Origin: an uncultured Geobacter sp.
GTDB lineage: Bacteria; Desulfobacterota; Desulfuromonadia; Geobacterales; Geobacteraceae
Length of the DNA stretch: 64,000 bases
Direction: 5' to 3'
Assembly (NCBI GenBank): GCA_903915655.1
Contig: CAIWTU010000039.1
Span: 24,113-88,112, forward strand
Position numbers and translations under genes: made by a program. The notes beneath the pieces were generated by a model. That model saw only the letters and a program-made list of their open reading frames with translations. It had not been told where the DNA came from and made no database searches. Positions 45,807 through 55,474 of the stretch are shown in pieces (position 1 is the first letter of the stretch; each line of letters begins with the position of its first letter).

Positions 45807-47741
45807 TTGAAAATGCAAAGCGAGTATATGAATAGTATAGAAGAGTTAAATCAAATACTGGACAACATTCGGGAACATATTGCAACTGTCCCTGGCGATG
45901 TTGATGCCCTGGCTGACCTGGCAGCGGTGCTGGCGCAACTGGGGCAAACAGAAGAAGCATTGACCATGTTGTTATCGGCGCTTCAACAGTGCCCCGATCA
46001 TCTCGGACTACAACACAACCAGGCTGAACTATACCGGAATACGGGAATGATAGATCAAGCCGAAAGCCTGTTTACAAAATTGGTCACTAAATACCCTCAT
46101 TTTGTTCCCGCCTATCAATCGCTCATCCTTATTCTGGTCGGCCGCCTGGAAACAGGCCAACTGACAACAGGGCAATTTGCAGAAGTTTCGAGGCAAATTG
46201 CCATATACAGCAGCAACAAAGGTAACGCCCTGCTGGACATCGGGCAGATTGAATCCGCAGAAGCAGCTTACGTTGATGCCCTGAAATATTGGCCGGATTA
46301 CCCTGCCGCGCACTCCAATTTATCGAATGTATCGCGGATGATGGGCCAGGTCAGTAAAGCGGAAATGTCCGCGCGCACAGCGTTGGCATTACGCCCGGAC
46401 TTTGCTGGGGCCTGGAATAACCTTGGCACCGCGCTTTCAGAGCAAGGTCGATGTGCAGAAGCGATGGGTTGCTATCAACGTGCCCTGACTCTCGATCCAG
46501 GTCAGGATGGCGCACGACACAATGCGGGCAGCGGCAGCCTGTTTCTTCAACTGTATCGGGATGATCTTACGGTTGATCAGGTAGTAAAAGTGCATCGAGA
46601 ATGGGGGAAATCTTATCCATTTGCTGCCCTTCCTGAGGCTGTTGCCCTAACCGGCAAGCTCCGTGTCGGTTTTATATCCGGCGATTTTCGGGAACATTCG
46701 GTCATGTATTTTGTTGAAGCCCTTTTGGAAAAGCTCGATCGCACAAAGTTTGAAATTGTCTGTTATGCCAATCAAACCGGGGAAGACGCGGTTACCAGGC
46801 GTATAAAAGCGTTGCCTCTCAAATTGCGACAAGTCGCCGCGTTGTCTGATACTGATCTATGCGATCAGATCAGAGAGGATCAATTGCATATTCTGATCGA
46901 TTTGAGTGGGCATACAAAGGGTCACCGAGTATACGCGCTTGCCAACAAACCGGTTCGCGTGATGGCGCATTGGCTGGGCTATCCTTTTACCAGTGGCCTG
47001 CCGGCTTTTGATTATCGTATCAGCGACAGGTGGGCTGACCCTGAAGCATCCGCAGCAGAACAGCACACCGAACAACTGGCTTATTTAACGGGAAGTCAGT
47101 TCAATTATCGTCCCAAAGCTGATGCGCCTGAAGTGAACGCGCTACCGGCCGCAAGCAATGGCTTTATCACTTTTGGCTCGCTGAACAACATACAGAAGCT
47201 GAATCGAAGCGTGGTTTCGGTCTGGAGCCAAATTCTGCTGAACATCCCGGATAGTCGTCTGATTCTGCAGAACAAATTATTGGCTGATGCAGGTGTTGCC
47301 GGAAGAATCAGAGGTATGTTTGAAGCGTTTGGCGTGGATGCTGCTCGCCTGGATTGTAGCCCCGCCTCTCTAAACCATCTTGCAAGGTACCATGAGATCG
47401 ACATCGCGCTGGACACCTTTCCCTACAATGGCGCGACAACAACCTGTGAGGCGCTCTGGATGGGCGTTCCGGTGCTAGCGCTTGCGGGCGATGGTTCCGT
47501 TGGGCGTATGGGCGCGAGTATTTTATCGGCCATCGGCATGGAATCATGGCTGGCAAATTCGGTGGGTGACTACATCCGTCTGGCTCAGCGCCACAGCGCC
47601 CTGCCTGATAATCTGGCTCTGCTTCGCAAAGGTTTGAGACACCGAATGGCAGGAAGCCGTTTGTGTGACGAAGAGGAATTTGCAGTTGATTTTGGCCGAT
47701 GCCTTAGAGAGATGGTTGGGTTCAGACGGGTGGATCGGTAA
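45807..47741 (+). CDS. TPR-repeat protein fused to a GT41 (SPINDLY/O-GlcNAc-transferase-like) glycosyltransferase domain
   Basis: N-terminal TPRs (…AYVDALKYWPDYPAAHSNL…, AWNNLGTAL…YQRALTLDP). C-terminal LRVGFISGDFREHSV…, DLSGHT…, DTFPYNGATTTCEALWMGVPV are typical of the family. Confidence 0.8.
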   Translation: MKMQSEYMNSIEELNQILDNIREHIATVPGDVDALADLAAVLAQLGQTEEALTMLLSALQQCPDHLGLQHNQAELYRNTGMIDQAESLFTKLVTKYPHFVPAYQSLILILVGRLETGQLTTGQFAEVSRQIAIYSSNKGNALLDIGQIESAEAAYVDALKYWPDYPAAHSNLSNVSRMMGQVSKAEMSARTALALRPDFAGAWNNLGTALSEQGRCAEAMGCYQRALTLDPGQDGARHNAGSGSLFLQLYRDDLTVDQVVKVHREWGKSYPFAALPEAVALTGKLRVGFISGDFREHSVMYFVEALLEKLDRTKFEIVCYANQTGEDAVTRRIKALPLKLRQVAALSDTDLCDQIREDQLHILIDLSGHTKGHRVYALANKPVRVMAHWLGYPFTSGLPAFDYRISDRWADPEASAAEQHTEQLAYLTGSQFNYRPKADAPEVNALPAASNGFITFGSLNNIQKLNRSVVSVWSQILLNIPDSRLILQNKLLADAGVAGRIRGMFEAFGVDAARLDCSPASLNHLARYHEIDIALDTFPYNGATTTCEALWMGVPVLALAGDGSVGRMGASILSAIGMESWLANSVGDYIRLAQRHSALPDNLALLRKGLRHRMAGSRLCDEEEFAVDFGRCLREMVGFRRVDR

Positions 47742-47988
47742 GGATACGCTACCCAGTGATGTCGCGGAGAACGCCCTATCCGCGACCGCCTTTGCCGTTT
47801 CCGGCAGTCTGCTGAAAGGCTCCTCTCAACGCCAAAAACCTCCCCTATGCAAGAAAAATGATTTTTTTCAACAGTCGCTGTATTCAGCCATCTCCTCCTG
47901 ATCTGGTTTTAGGCTAACGGTATTCTTGGGTATCTCATTTTTGAATTGTTCCACTTTCGATGGGTGACCCCGCTTCTTCAATTTCGAT

Positions 47989-48108
47989 CCCGCCGGAATT
48001 CCTCCCAACATGTTGAAACTTATAGAAATATCATTGTACAAAAGCAACTTAGAGGTGGTAAACTGCTGTAGCCGGAAAAGTAAATCCCTATTCGGAACCT
48101 ATCCGAAA
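47989..48108 (+). promoter_or_regulatory. Conserved leader-like element, copy B (immediately 5' of the metzincin gene)
   Basis: Aligns with copies A and C. It is followed by the hairpin ttcgga-accta-tccgaa, an AGGAGG RBS and the ATG at 48140. Confidence 0.5.
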
Positions 48109-48139
48109 TAATCGTTCAACCTCAGGAGGAATTACCACG

Positions 48140-49426
48140 ATGAGAGAGAGAATAATTGCCGTCCTCTTTGTATTTTGCCTCATCTTCAATTACGGATGCA
48201 CGGGAGGCGGAAGCGTTGATGCCGGGCCTTCGCTCTTTACGGAGAACACCCAGCAGGGACACCCCACCCCCAGCAGCGCTCTGGGGTATGTCAGATATAG
48301 GTTCGTTGATGTCGCTGACAATTACCTGGTCGATGCAAGAGTGACCCGCCTCACACTCAATCTATTCTCTGATCTCTCCTACTCGGCGGTGCGTGATTCG
48401 TTTGAGCAACTAGAGGACGGTTCGTACGTCTGGACTGGCCACATCGTGGGCGTCCAGAACAGCGAGGTCGAGTTCGTGAATGACGGTGGCTCGGTGGTGG
48501 GCATTGTGCGCGTCGGCTCGCGCTCGTACGAAGTGGGATATGATGATGGGTGGCAGATAGCGGCAGAGCTCGATCCGAACCTGCCAGAGCCGACAACCGA
48601 TGCGATAGAGATAGATCCGACCAAAGAGGCCGCGCAGTCCACGAAGGGATCTGCAGCGGCCGTGCCCCCCACGAAGGCGTCTGCGGATGATGGATCGGTG
48701 ATCGATGTCATGGTGGTCTACACTGCGGCAGCTCGTAAAGCGGCCGCTGGGATAGGTGATCTGCCGGACAAAGGTATCAGGGCAAAGATCGATCTGGCGG
48801 TCAAGGAGACCAACCAGGGTTTTGTGAACAGCGGAGTGAACACCAAGGTGCGTCTGGTTCACGCGGCGGAAGTCAGTTTTGACGAGAGCGAGATGACCCC
48901 GAGTGAAGCATTGTCGGAGATGAAGGATGGGAAAATCGGCTCGGTTCATGCGTGGCGCGATACCTATAAGGCAGATCTTGTCGTGATGCTTGCCCTCTAT
49001 CCGCGCGAAGACGTCTCAGGTGAATCGCTCGGCGTCGGGTATGTGATGAGTGGTCGGTATCTGGATAAGCAGACCCTCGTATATCCGTTTGAGCACTTGG
49101 GGTACAGCATCGTAGGCGTGAACTATGCGACAGGCTACTACACCTTTGCCCATGAGATGGGCCATAATATGGGTCTCTGTCATTACTATGACGTTTCGAC
49201 GATCACCGCGGCGGAGTCAGGCGGTTATGCGTGGAAGACCACGTTGTTCAGGTCGATCATGGGGCCGCCGGCGGGAGTGCCCAGAATCAACTACTGGTCG
49301 AATCCCAGCGTCAAATATAGCGGGTTGGCGACCGGAGGAACGGGTCTGGACGGAAGCTTTGTTTACGGAGGGAATGAGGCCACTGTCCTGAACTGGACAC
49401 GCGCCATCGTCGCGAAGTTCCGATAG
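48140..49426 (+). CDS. Lipoprotein zinc metalloprotease of the metzincin clan (reprolysin/M12B-like)
   Basis: Lipobox-like signal (…LIFNYGC). HEMGHNMGLCH is the HExxHxxGxxH motif. Confidence 0.8.
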   Translation: MRERIIAVLFVFCLIFNYGCTGGGSVDAGPSLFTENTQQGHPTPSSALGYVRYRFVDVADNYLVDARVTRLTLNLFSDLSYSAVRDSFEQLEDGSYVWTGHIVGVQNSEVEFVNDGGSVVGIVRVGSRSYEVGYDDGWQIAAELDPNLPEPTTDAIEIDPTKEAAQSTKGSAAAVPPTKASADDGSVIDVMVVYTAAARKAAAGIGDLPDKGIRAKIDLAVKETNQGFVNSGVNTKVRLVHAAEVSFDESEMTPSEALSEMKDGKIGSVHAWRDTYKADLVVMLALYPREDVSGESLGVGYVMSGRYLDKQTLVYPFEHLGYSIVGVNYATGYYTFAHEMGHNMGLCHYYDVSTITAAESGGYAWKTTLFRSIMGPPAGVPRINYWSNPSVKYSGLATGGTGLDGSFVYGGNEATVLNWTRAIVAKFR

Positions 49427-49467
49427 CTTCGTTTCAGCGTTCCTATTCGGTGGTGAAGACTAAGAAG

Positions 49468-49553
49468 TTGCTAATATTTTATAGAAGTTTCATTGGACAA
49501 ACGCAAACCAGGGGTGGTAGCCTGCCGTAGCCGAAAAAGCAGATTTCTATCCG
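49468..49553 (+). promoter_or_regulatory. Conserved leader-like element, copy C (lacks the GGAATTCC head; no downstream gene)
   Basis: TTGCTAATATTTTATAGAAGTTTCATTGGACAAACGCAAACCAGGGGTGGTAGCCTGCCGTAGCCGAAAAAG… aligns to copies A and B. It is followed by a terminator and then the AT-rich island. Confidence 0.5.
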
Positions 49554-49560
49554 TAAAAAA

Positions 49561-49590
49561 ACCCTCCAGACAAGTGTTAGGAGGGTTTTC
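49561..49590 (+). terminator. Rho-independent terminator-like hairpin at the island junction
   Basis: accctcc-N12-ggagggt followed by TTTT, preceded by an A-run. Confidence 0.6.
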
Positions 49591-49831
49591 TGGTTTGCTA
49601 CTTCTTCAGTTTAAACTTTACAACTTTAAATAACTATGCGCACTCATAAGTGTTACATCTACTATGTAAAGATATCGCCATACAGTAAATTAATTAGTTA
49701 GTTATATACATTATAAAAGAACAGTTGTAAATATTTATTTTTTGCATAAATTGTAAAGTAAATTCATAACATACCGAAATTAATAACATCACTATTCACA
49801 GCCTAAAAAATATTCAATAAGATACAAATTT

Positions 49832-50452
49832 CTAAATAACTTCACTGCCACTAACAGGATTCAACTTTTCATTTTCTTTCGCTTCCAGTTCCAACTTACT
49901 TATTTCTTCCAGATAACGAAAGAGCGTGCGTCTGCCGACGCCGGATATCTTACAAACTTCAGCGGCTGTGTAGTCAGAATTATCATACAGAATCTTTGCC
50001 TGTTCCAGCTTTTTTTCATCAGTTCTGGGCCTGCCGCCCGTTCGTCCTCTTGCCTTGGCTGATTTTCTGCCTGCTTCTGCACGCTCGGACTTCAGCTCCC
50101 TCTCGAGCTGGTTGATGACGCCCATCATCAAAAAGAAAGCTCTCCCACTAGCGCTCGTAGTGTCTATGCTTTCCCGAAGGGATTTGATGTTGATTTTTTT
50201 AGCGGTGAACTCGTTGGATAATTGGAGTAGGTGCGTCAGCGAGCGAGTCATGCGACTAAGCTCTACCACAACGATAACATCACCAGGACGGACATATTGT
50301 ATCAACCTGTCCCAATCAGGTCTGGACTCGGTAATACCGCTGGTTTTGTCCGAAAATATCTTTTTACACCCTGCCGCCTTCAGCATATCAAGCTGACTAT
50401 CGAGGTTCTGGTCGCGACTGCTGACGCGGGCGTATCCGATTAATTCTGACAT
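49832..50452 (-). CDS. Serine recombinase (resolvase/invertase family)
   Basis: IGYARVSSRDQNLDSQ catalytic-Ser motif, and a C-terminal HTH (…AAEVCKISGVGRRTLFRYL). Confidence 0.92.
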   Translation of the reverse strand: MSELIGYARVSSRDQNLDSQLDMLKAAGCKKIFSDKTSGITESRPDWDRLIQYVRPGDVIVVVELSRMTRSLTHLLQLSNEFTAKKINIKSLRESIDTTSASGRAFFLMMGVINQLERELKSERAEAGRKSAKARGRTGGRPRTDEKKLEQAKILYDNSDYTAAEVCKISGVGRRTLFRYLEEISKLELEAKENEKLNPVSGSEVI

Positions 50453-50476
50453 AAAGTTCTCAATAAAGTGGATTGA

Positions 50477-50899
50477 CTACTGAGAGCCAGCTTTTCGGGA
50501 TTCCATAATTTCGTCATATTGTTCCCAAAATTCCCCAAGTTGATAGGGACAATAAAAGATGAAAGGAACGCCATCTACTCGAACCATCAATCCAAGTGGC
50601 CTCAGCTCCTGTTCTGCATACAAGTAGGCGAGGAAATCCCACATCCGCCGAGGTGGCTTATGATAGCATTCAGCTCCTCCTGTGGCATTTGTATAAGCTC
50701 CCCAAGCAGCTGCGACGCTCCCACCACTCCATTTTTGAAGCTCTGGATATTGCGACTTAAGGCTGTTCCCAAAATCAACTCGTTCGTCAGATAGATACTC
50801 GTCTTCTTTGTACACATAGTCTTTTTGAGGTTTACGGGCCTGAGGGAGTCTTTTAAGCCTCTTCGGTTTGAATTTCAATTCCATGTGCTTTATCTCCAT
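50477..50899 (-). CDS. Hypothetical protein, co-oriented 24 nt upstream of the recombinase gene
   Basis: 140-aa ORF with no recognisable motifs. Tight spacing suggests an operon with the recombinase. Confidence 0.5.
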   Translation of the reverse strand: MEIKHMELKFKPKRLKRLPQARKPQKDYVYKEDEYLSDERVDFGNSLKSQYPELQKWSGGSVAAAWGAYTNATGGAECYHKPPRRMWDFLAYLYAEQELRPLGLMVRVDGVPFIFYCPYQLGEFWEQYDEIMESRKAGSQ

Positions 50900-51105
50900 T
50901 ATCGGTTAATAGGTAGCAACATGGGTACTATAGTGCCATAACTCAACTCAACTGTCAAGTTTATGCACTATGAATATGGCATAAGTTATGACATGACTTA
51001 TTGTGTAATAAACAGCCTGTAAAAGGTCGTAGGGTAGGGGTGTCAAAAGTGTACTTTTGGCACTGGCACAAATGTCCTTGTTTTAGTACGAAATGTTTTT
51101 TAATT

Positions 51106-51639
51106 TCAAACACCGCTCATAACTTCAAGTATATAATTAGTTTTCCGTTCTGAATAATTTTTGACTAAATCAACGACTACTTCTCTATCATTTAACTCGC
51201 CTTCGATATTGTATTTAATATGCATTTTGTAATCCTTATACTCTAGTGGGACATGATATAAAAACAAAGCCATCATTGTTTGGTTATCATAAGGTTGGCT
51301 TTGAGCAGATTGTGTATTTTTATCATTAAATATAATGTTATTATCTTTATACATAATTACCAATTCTTTAACATTTGCAGTAAAAACTGTTGGTGTTTTT
51401 TTGTCTATCCAAATATTAATTTTATATGGAGATGCAAATGCAATAACATTATTATTTGTGTGCTCAGTACTATCTATTCGTATAGTTATTGCTGTGTTAT
51501 CTTTATTTATGTTGATACTGTTATAGTCATATTTTTTTATTACAATGTTATACTTAATAACAACAATTGATATTATTAATAACAAAAATCCGATTATATA
51601 TTTAAGCATATTAGTGACTCCTGTCATATTTAATGGCAT
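51106..51639 (-). CDS. Hypothetical membrane-anchored protein (very AT-rich gene)
   Basis: N-terminal TM helix (YIIGFLLLIISIVVI). Asn/Ile/Lys-rich composition reflects the low GC. Confidence 0.45.
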   Translation of the reverse strand: MPLNMTGVTNMLKYIIGFLLLIISIVVIKYNIVIKKYDYNSININKDNTAITIRIDSTEHTNNNVIAFASPYKINIWIDKKTPTVFTANVKELVIMYKDNNIIFNDKNTQSAQSQPYDNQTMMALFLYHVPLEYKDYKMHIKYNIEGELNDREVVVDLVKNYSERKTNYILEVMSGV

Positions 51640-51743
51640 TGCCTTAACTCGGGGCGATTAAATATCTCATTTCAGTGTCTAACCGGCCAATTGCATCAGA
51701 TACCAACTGAATGGTCGAACCGTCGCCGAACGTCACACAGGGC

Positions 51744-52013
51744 TTAACCAAACCAAGAAAACCAAGAGAGAATTTTTTCCATTATTTTTTCTCCCACCAA
51801 AGCTCCAAGCAATCCACAACCGAGAAGAATAAAAAGGAGGAATATTTTTGAGCTCTCATAAAAAGCAGATGGCGATTCCTTGATATAGTAGGAAAATATG
51901 CCTAAAACACCTAAGATTATTCCTCCCCAAAAGCCTGTCATACTCCAACAAGACTTACAGTTTGTAGAGTTGCTTGCGTCTATATTGTGTTCATTTTTTA
52001 TCTGTTTGCCCAT
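51744..52013 (-). CDS. Hypothetical small 2-TM membrane protein
   Basis: 89 aa with two hydrophobic helices (FWGGIILGVLGIFSYY; IFLLFILLGCGLLGALVG). Confidence 0.45.
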   Translation of the reverse strand: MGKQIKNEHNIDASNSTNCKSCWSMTGFWGGIILGVLGIFSYYIKESPSAFYESSKIFLLFILLGCGLLGALVGEKIMEKILSWFSWFG

Positions 52014-52598
52014 AAATCACCCGATAAAGTTATATTGGACATAATTGTGCCTCCTGGCTATAAGGCAACGTTGGCTGTGGAGGGAGCATGCTATTCGGTG
52101 GACTAAAATCAACTGGGTTATTTCTGTTACGATAGTCGTTTTTTAGTTCATTATAAATTTCACTAGATGTTTGTTTTACAAAATCGAAAGTCGTTTGCAA
52201 TACAGGTTTTCCTGGGGATACGCGGACATCGAATAATTTACTTTTCGACCCTAGTTACATACTCCCCCAATACAACAGAAAAGACCCCAAGGGCAAGGGG
52301 TCTTTTCTGTTTCAGTCATATCATAACTAACCGTTTTTACTTAAATTATACCAACTGGTATTATTGAGTGTTGATTATAAAGAGCAAATTGAAGCAAGTC
52401 GCAAATATCGAAAAATTACGAAATATTTGTTAATAAGTATTTATGGCAAGTAAAAGAGCCGTTTCAGACTCAATTATGAGGGATGTAAAAAGTGTATTTT
52501 GCGCAAAAAAAAGACCTGGATAATCATCCAAGGCTTCTCACGTCATTTATATCTGACATTTCCTCTCCTATCTACAGGTATGCCAGCGTCGTTTCAAA

Positions 52599-53174
52599 CT
52601 ATTTCCGCATAGCAAACACTTCCCTGATATCAGTTTGTTTGATAAGACCACTCTCTATAACCAACATGTCATAAACTGTATTGACTTCAGTAAATCTCAG
52701 AAGAGACATATTGATGCTATTGCAAACATCAATTCGACACCATTTTGACGAATCATCAACCGTGACGTGCCGCCGGCAGACGAAAGGGCGTGACTTGTAG
52801 ATGGAACAAGAGCCTTTCTTCAGGAAAGGACAAGGGCTTCCGTAAGTATTCCCAGTAATTATTTCCTTCGCAGGCTTAATACCCTCAGTTTTTCTGATAT
52901 ATTCAACTTCCAGTTTAGATATGGATACTTCAATGTGGCAGCAATGTGTGCATCCTTTTTTGCATGGTGTGAATTTTTGTATGAATTCAAGGAGGTCGTC
53001 CATAAATTCATATAGAGATTTCAACTTGCTGAAGTAATTGCCGCTATGCTTCATAAACCTGGCCACAAGCTGCTCTTCTTGAGACTTTAAATGAGGAGGA
53101 AGCGTACGAGCTATTAGGTCGCTGTTTTTCTGAGCCCTTAATCGGGCTTGTTCCTTTTCATCTTGTTCAACCAT
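52599..53174 (-). CDS. YkgJ-family cysteine-cluster (CxxCxxCC / UPF0153-like) protein
   Basis: FTPCKKGCTHCCH… and …GSPCPFLKKGSCSIYKSRPFVCRRH are the two halves of the YkgJ Zn/Fe-binding motif. It lies 56 nt downstream of the E2-E1-JAB gene. Confidence 0.75.
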   Translation of the reverse strand: MVEQDEKEQARLRAQKNSDLIARTLPPHLKSQEEQLVARFMKHSGNYFSKLKSLYEFMDDLLEFIQKFTPCKKGCTHCCHIEVSISKLEVEYIRKTEGIKPAKEIITGNTYGSPCPFLKKGSCSIYKSRPFVCRRHVTVDDSSKWCRIDVCNSINMSLLRFTEVNTVYDMLVIESGLIKQTDIREVFAMRK

Positions 53175-53230
53175 ACCGTTACTCCTCCTTTCCTTGTATA
53201 AGACAGACTACTTGTCGTCAGCGTTTGAAA

Positions 53231-55474
53231 TCAATAATCACCGTAGTCGGCAAAGCATGTCAGCTCACGGTTATACCAAATCAGGTTGAATGCTGGGATG
53301 CCGAGCCGTAATTTCCTGATTTTCTGCAGCATCGCTTCATCAATCCCAGACGGTGCACTCCCGTACAGATGACTGTGCCACGTGCCGAGATATGTCAGCC
53401 CGGATGATTTCAGAATATTGGTGATTTTGTCCCTCAGTCCATCAATCCCCAGCACAAACAAACCACTTTTTCGAATGGAATCAGGTGGTGCTTCTAAAAT
53501 CCTGGTTACAATGGCGCACTTTCGCGCCAGACAGAGCCGTCCGATTAGTAACCCACCGGTTTCAACATCAGGCCACTTCCCGACTTCCTGTTCCATGGAA
53601 TCGAATGCAGAAGACAGCACTCTGAGCTCCCAGTCCCTATTCTGAAGATTCACGACGTGGGTTTTCCCGAGAAATGCCGTTTCCCATTTCAGAGACATTC
53701 CCATATCGGACATGCAACCGATTGATATCTCACCATCAACCTGGATATTACCCTCGTACGCCAGACGGGCGCGTTCGGCCATTGCTGCCGAATACATGGA
53801 TATTTTCGTATCCGGAATGACCATGGTATATGAGCCGCAACCCTGACCGGTTGAATGGCGCCGAAATCCATCGCCAGAACCCATTAGCACATTGGACACC
53901 GCTTTATTGTCGATTGTCGAATCGAACATAGCGGCATGCAAATCATCGACTCGGGGGTTTCGTCCTTTCCCTTCAATGGTAATAAAGCCGAGTTTCCCTT
54001 CCGAATATAGACCTGTCTGAAAAACTCGTGAGTTATTCTGTGCGGCAGGGAGTGACGCCAAAGTCTCTCGTACATTAATCGAAGCGGTGGAATCAATCAC
54101 CAGGCTATTCTTTTCGAACAGCCGGTTCTCATTCTTTGCGACAAAATCCTGCAATGACTTTGGATAAGGGGTGGCCTCGATATTAAAAACGTCGATTTCC
54201 TTTTTCAGCAATTCTGCCTTATTTCCAGAGGTCTTTGTGAGAGCATGTCGAGCAAGGTTGTGCTCGGACATGCTTCTGTTGTCTATCAACTTAAAAGGTC
54301 CATGCCCGGCTCTGCAAAGGTGCAGCGCTATTTTCGAGCCCAAGCTTCCGCACCCTACCTGTATAATCGATTCCATCTGGGCTGGCGATGAGCCTGACAA
54401 CCCCTGCAGCAATTCAGGCCCTACTGCATGGAGGTGACAAATGATATCAACCGGAGAATCCTTGTCAGCAAATCCTATTGTATCGAACTTCACCCGGACC
54501 CGGTAAGCAAGTAATTCAAGGTTGGTGTTCTGGTTTATTAATGGCAATGGCCTTCTTACACAATGCACCGTTATCACATCGACAATCCGTGATGTATCCC
54601 TTAGCCGGTTCCAGAGAGATTGAATCTCCTGCCAGAAAATTTTATATGTGCCGTATACCTTGCTCTTTTCCCGCAGCTCACCAAGATTTGTAACGGTCTC
54701 GGGGAAGTACTCGTTGACAACCATATCTTTGTCGGGCCAACAAAACAGCAGGGGTCTTGTGTTTAACGAATAATTATCCTTTTTATAATCTCGTTCAGTT
54801 ACATCGGAGATAAACCTGCCGTCCAGTTTTCGTGGGGTATAGTCGACAACGCTGCAACGTGAAATGTTATCAATTTCAAAACTTTCTACAGCTAGATACT
54901 TGCTGCCTGCAATGTCGGTTATTAATGACCGAAGCTTTGCATGCTGATAGACGATAAAGTTATCAAAAGTGTCGTAACGAATTGGTTCCCACCCTTGATT
55001 CGGGTTGATAAGACTGTTGCTTGCTGCCTTCATCAACCAATCCTGCACCTGGTAAAGTATTTCAGTCAATCCAAGCCCTCGATGCAGCAGGTCATCCAGA
55101 GAACCTTCATATATACAAGGCTTTACGAAATCATCTTCAGAACCTGGATTGATATGAGGCAGATTCCTTGGGAAATCCTTTCGTAAAAAAACCGTAGGCG
55201 CTTTCCGCGGGTAGTTTGCCGGGAACCTGAAATAGACAGGTTCGCAATCCTTAACGCCCGTCGAGCTGATGCCAGCCTTGATTGCCCTGTTTGGGAGTGA
55301 TACTGCAAAGCTGGTAACGATTATCCAGCCATTTCCGTTCTGTATCGGCTCATCGAAAATTTCTAAATCCGGAAATGTATCCATTTCCTTGAGCGCCAGA
55401 ACGATTGCCTTGGGAATCGGCAAGACATAAGCCTTATCTTTCTTCTTATCCTTACCCATGAGAGTGCGGTTCAC
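53231..55474 (-). CDS. E2-like / E1-like (ThiF) / JAB (JAMM) triple-fusion protein, Cap2+Cap3-like
   Basis: aa ~75-125: YFRFPANYP…PHINP…KPCIYEG (UBC-like HPN…C). aa 371-410: IQVGCGSLGSKIALHLCRAGHGPFKLIDN (E1 Rossmann GxGxxG). aa 636-712: VETGGLLIG…GTWHSHLYGSAPSGID (JAMM E…HxH…S..D). The listed start is GTG at 55474. An ATG at 55459 overlaps the MBL stop (ATGGGTAA). Confidence 0.8.
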   Translation of the reverse strand: MNRTLMGKDKKKDKAYVLPIPKAIVLALKEMDTFPDLEIFDEPIQNGNGWIIVTSFAVSLPNRAIKAGISSTGVKDCEPVYFRFPANYPRKAPTVFLRKDFPRNLPHINPGSEDDFVKPCIYEGSLDDLLHRGLGLTEILYQVQDWLMKAASNSLINPNQGWEPIRYDTFDNFIVYQHAKLRSLITDIAGSKYLAVESFEIDNISRCSVVDYTPRKLDGRFISDVTERDYKKDNYSLNTRPLLFCWPDKDMVVNEYFPETVTNLGELREKSKVYGTYKIFWQEIQSLWNRLRDTSRIVDVITVHCVRRPLPLINQNTNLELLAYRVRVKFDTIGFADKDSPVDIICHLHAVGPELLQGLSGSSPAQMESIIQVGCGSLGSKIALHLCRAGHGPFKLIDNRSMSEHNLARHALTKTSGNKAELLKKEIDVFNIEATPYPKSLQDFVAKNENRLFEKNSLVIDSTASINVRETLASLPAAQNNSRVFQTGLYSEGKLGFITIEGKGRNPRVDDLHAAMFDSTIDNKAVSNVLMGSGDGFRRHSTGQGCGSYTMVIPDTKISMYSAAMAERARLAYEGNIQVDGEISIGCMSDMGMSLKWETAFLGKTHVVNLQNRDWELRVLSSAFDSMEQEVGKWPDVETGGLLIGRLCLARKCAIVTRILEAPPDSIRKSGLFVLGIDGLRDKITNILKSSGLTYLGTWHSHLYGSAPSGIDEAMLQKIRKLRLGIPAFNLIWYNRELTCFADYGDY

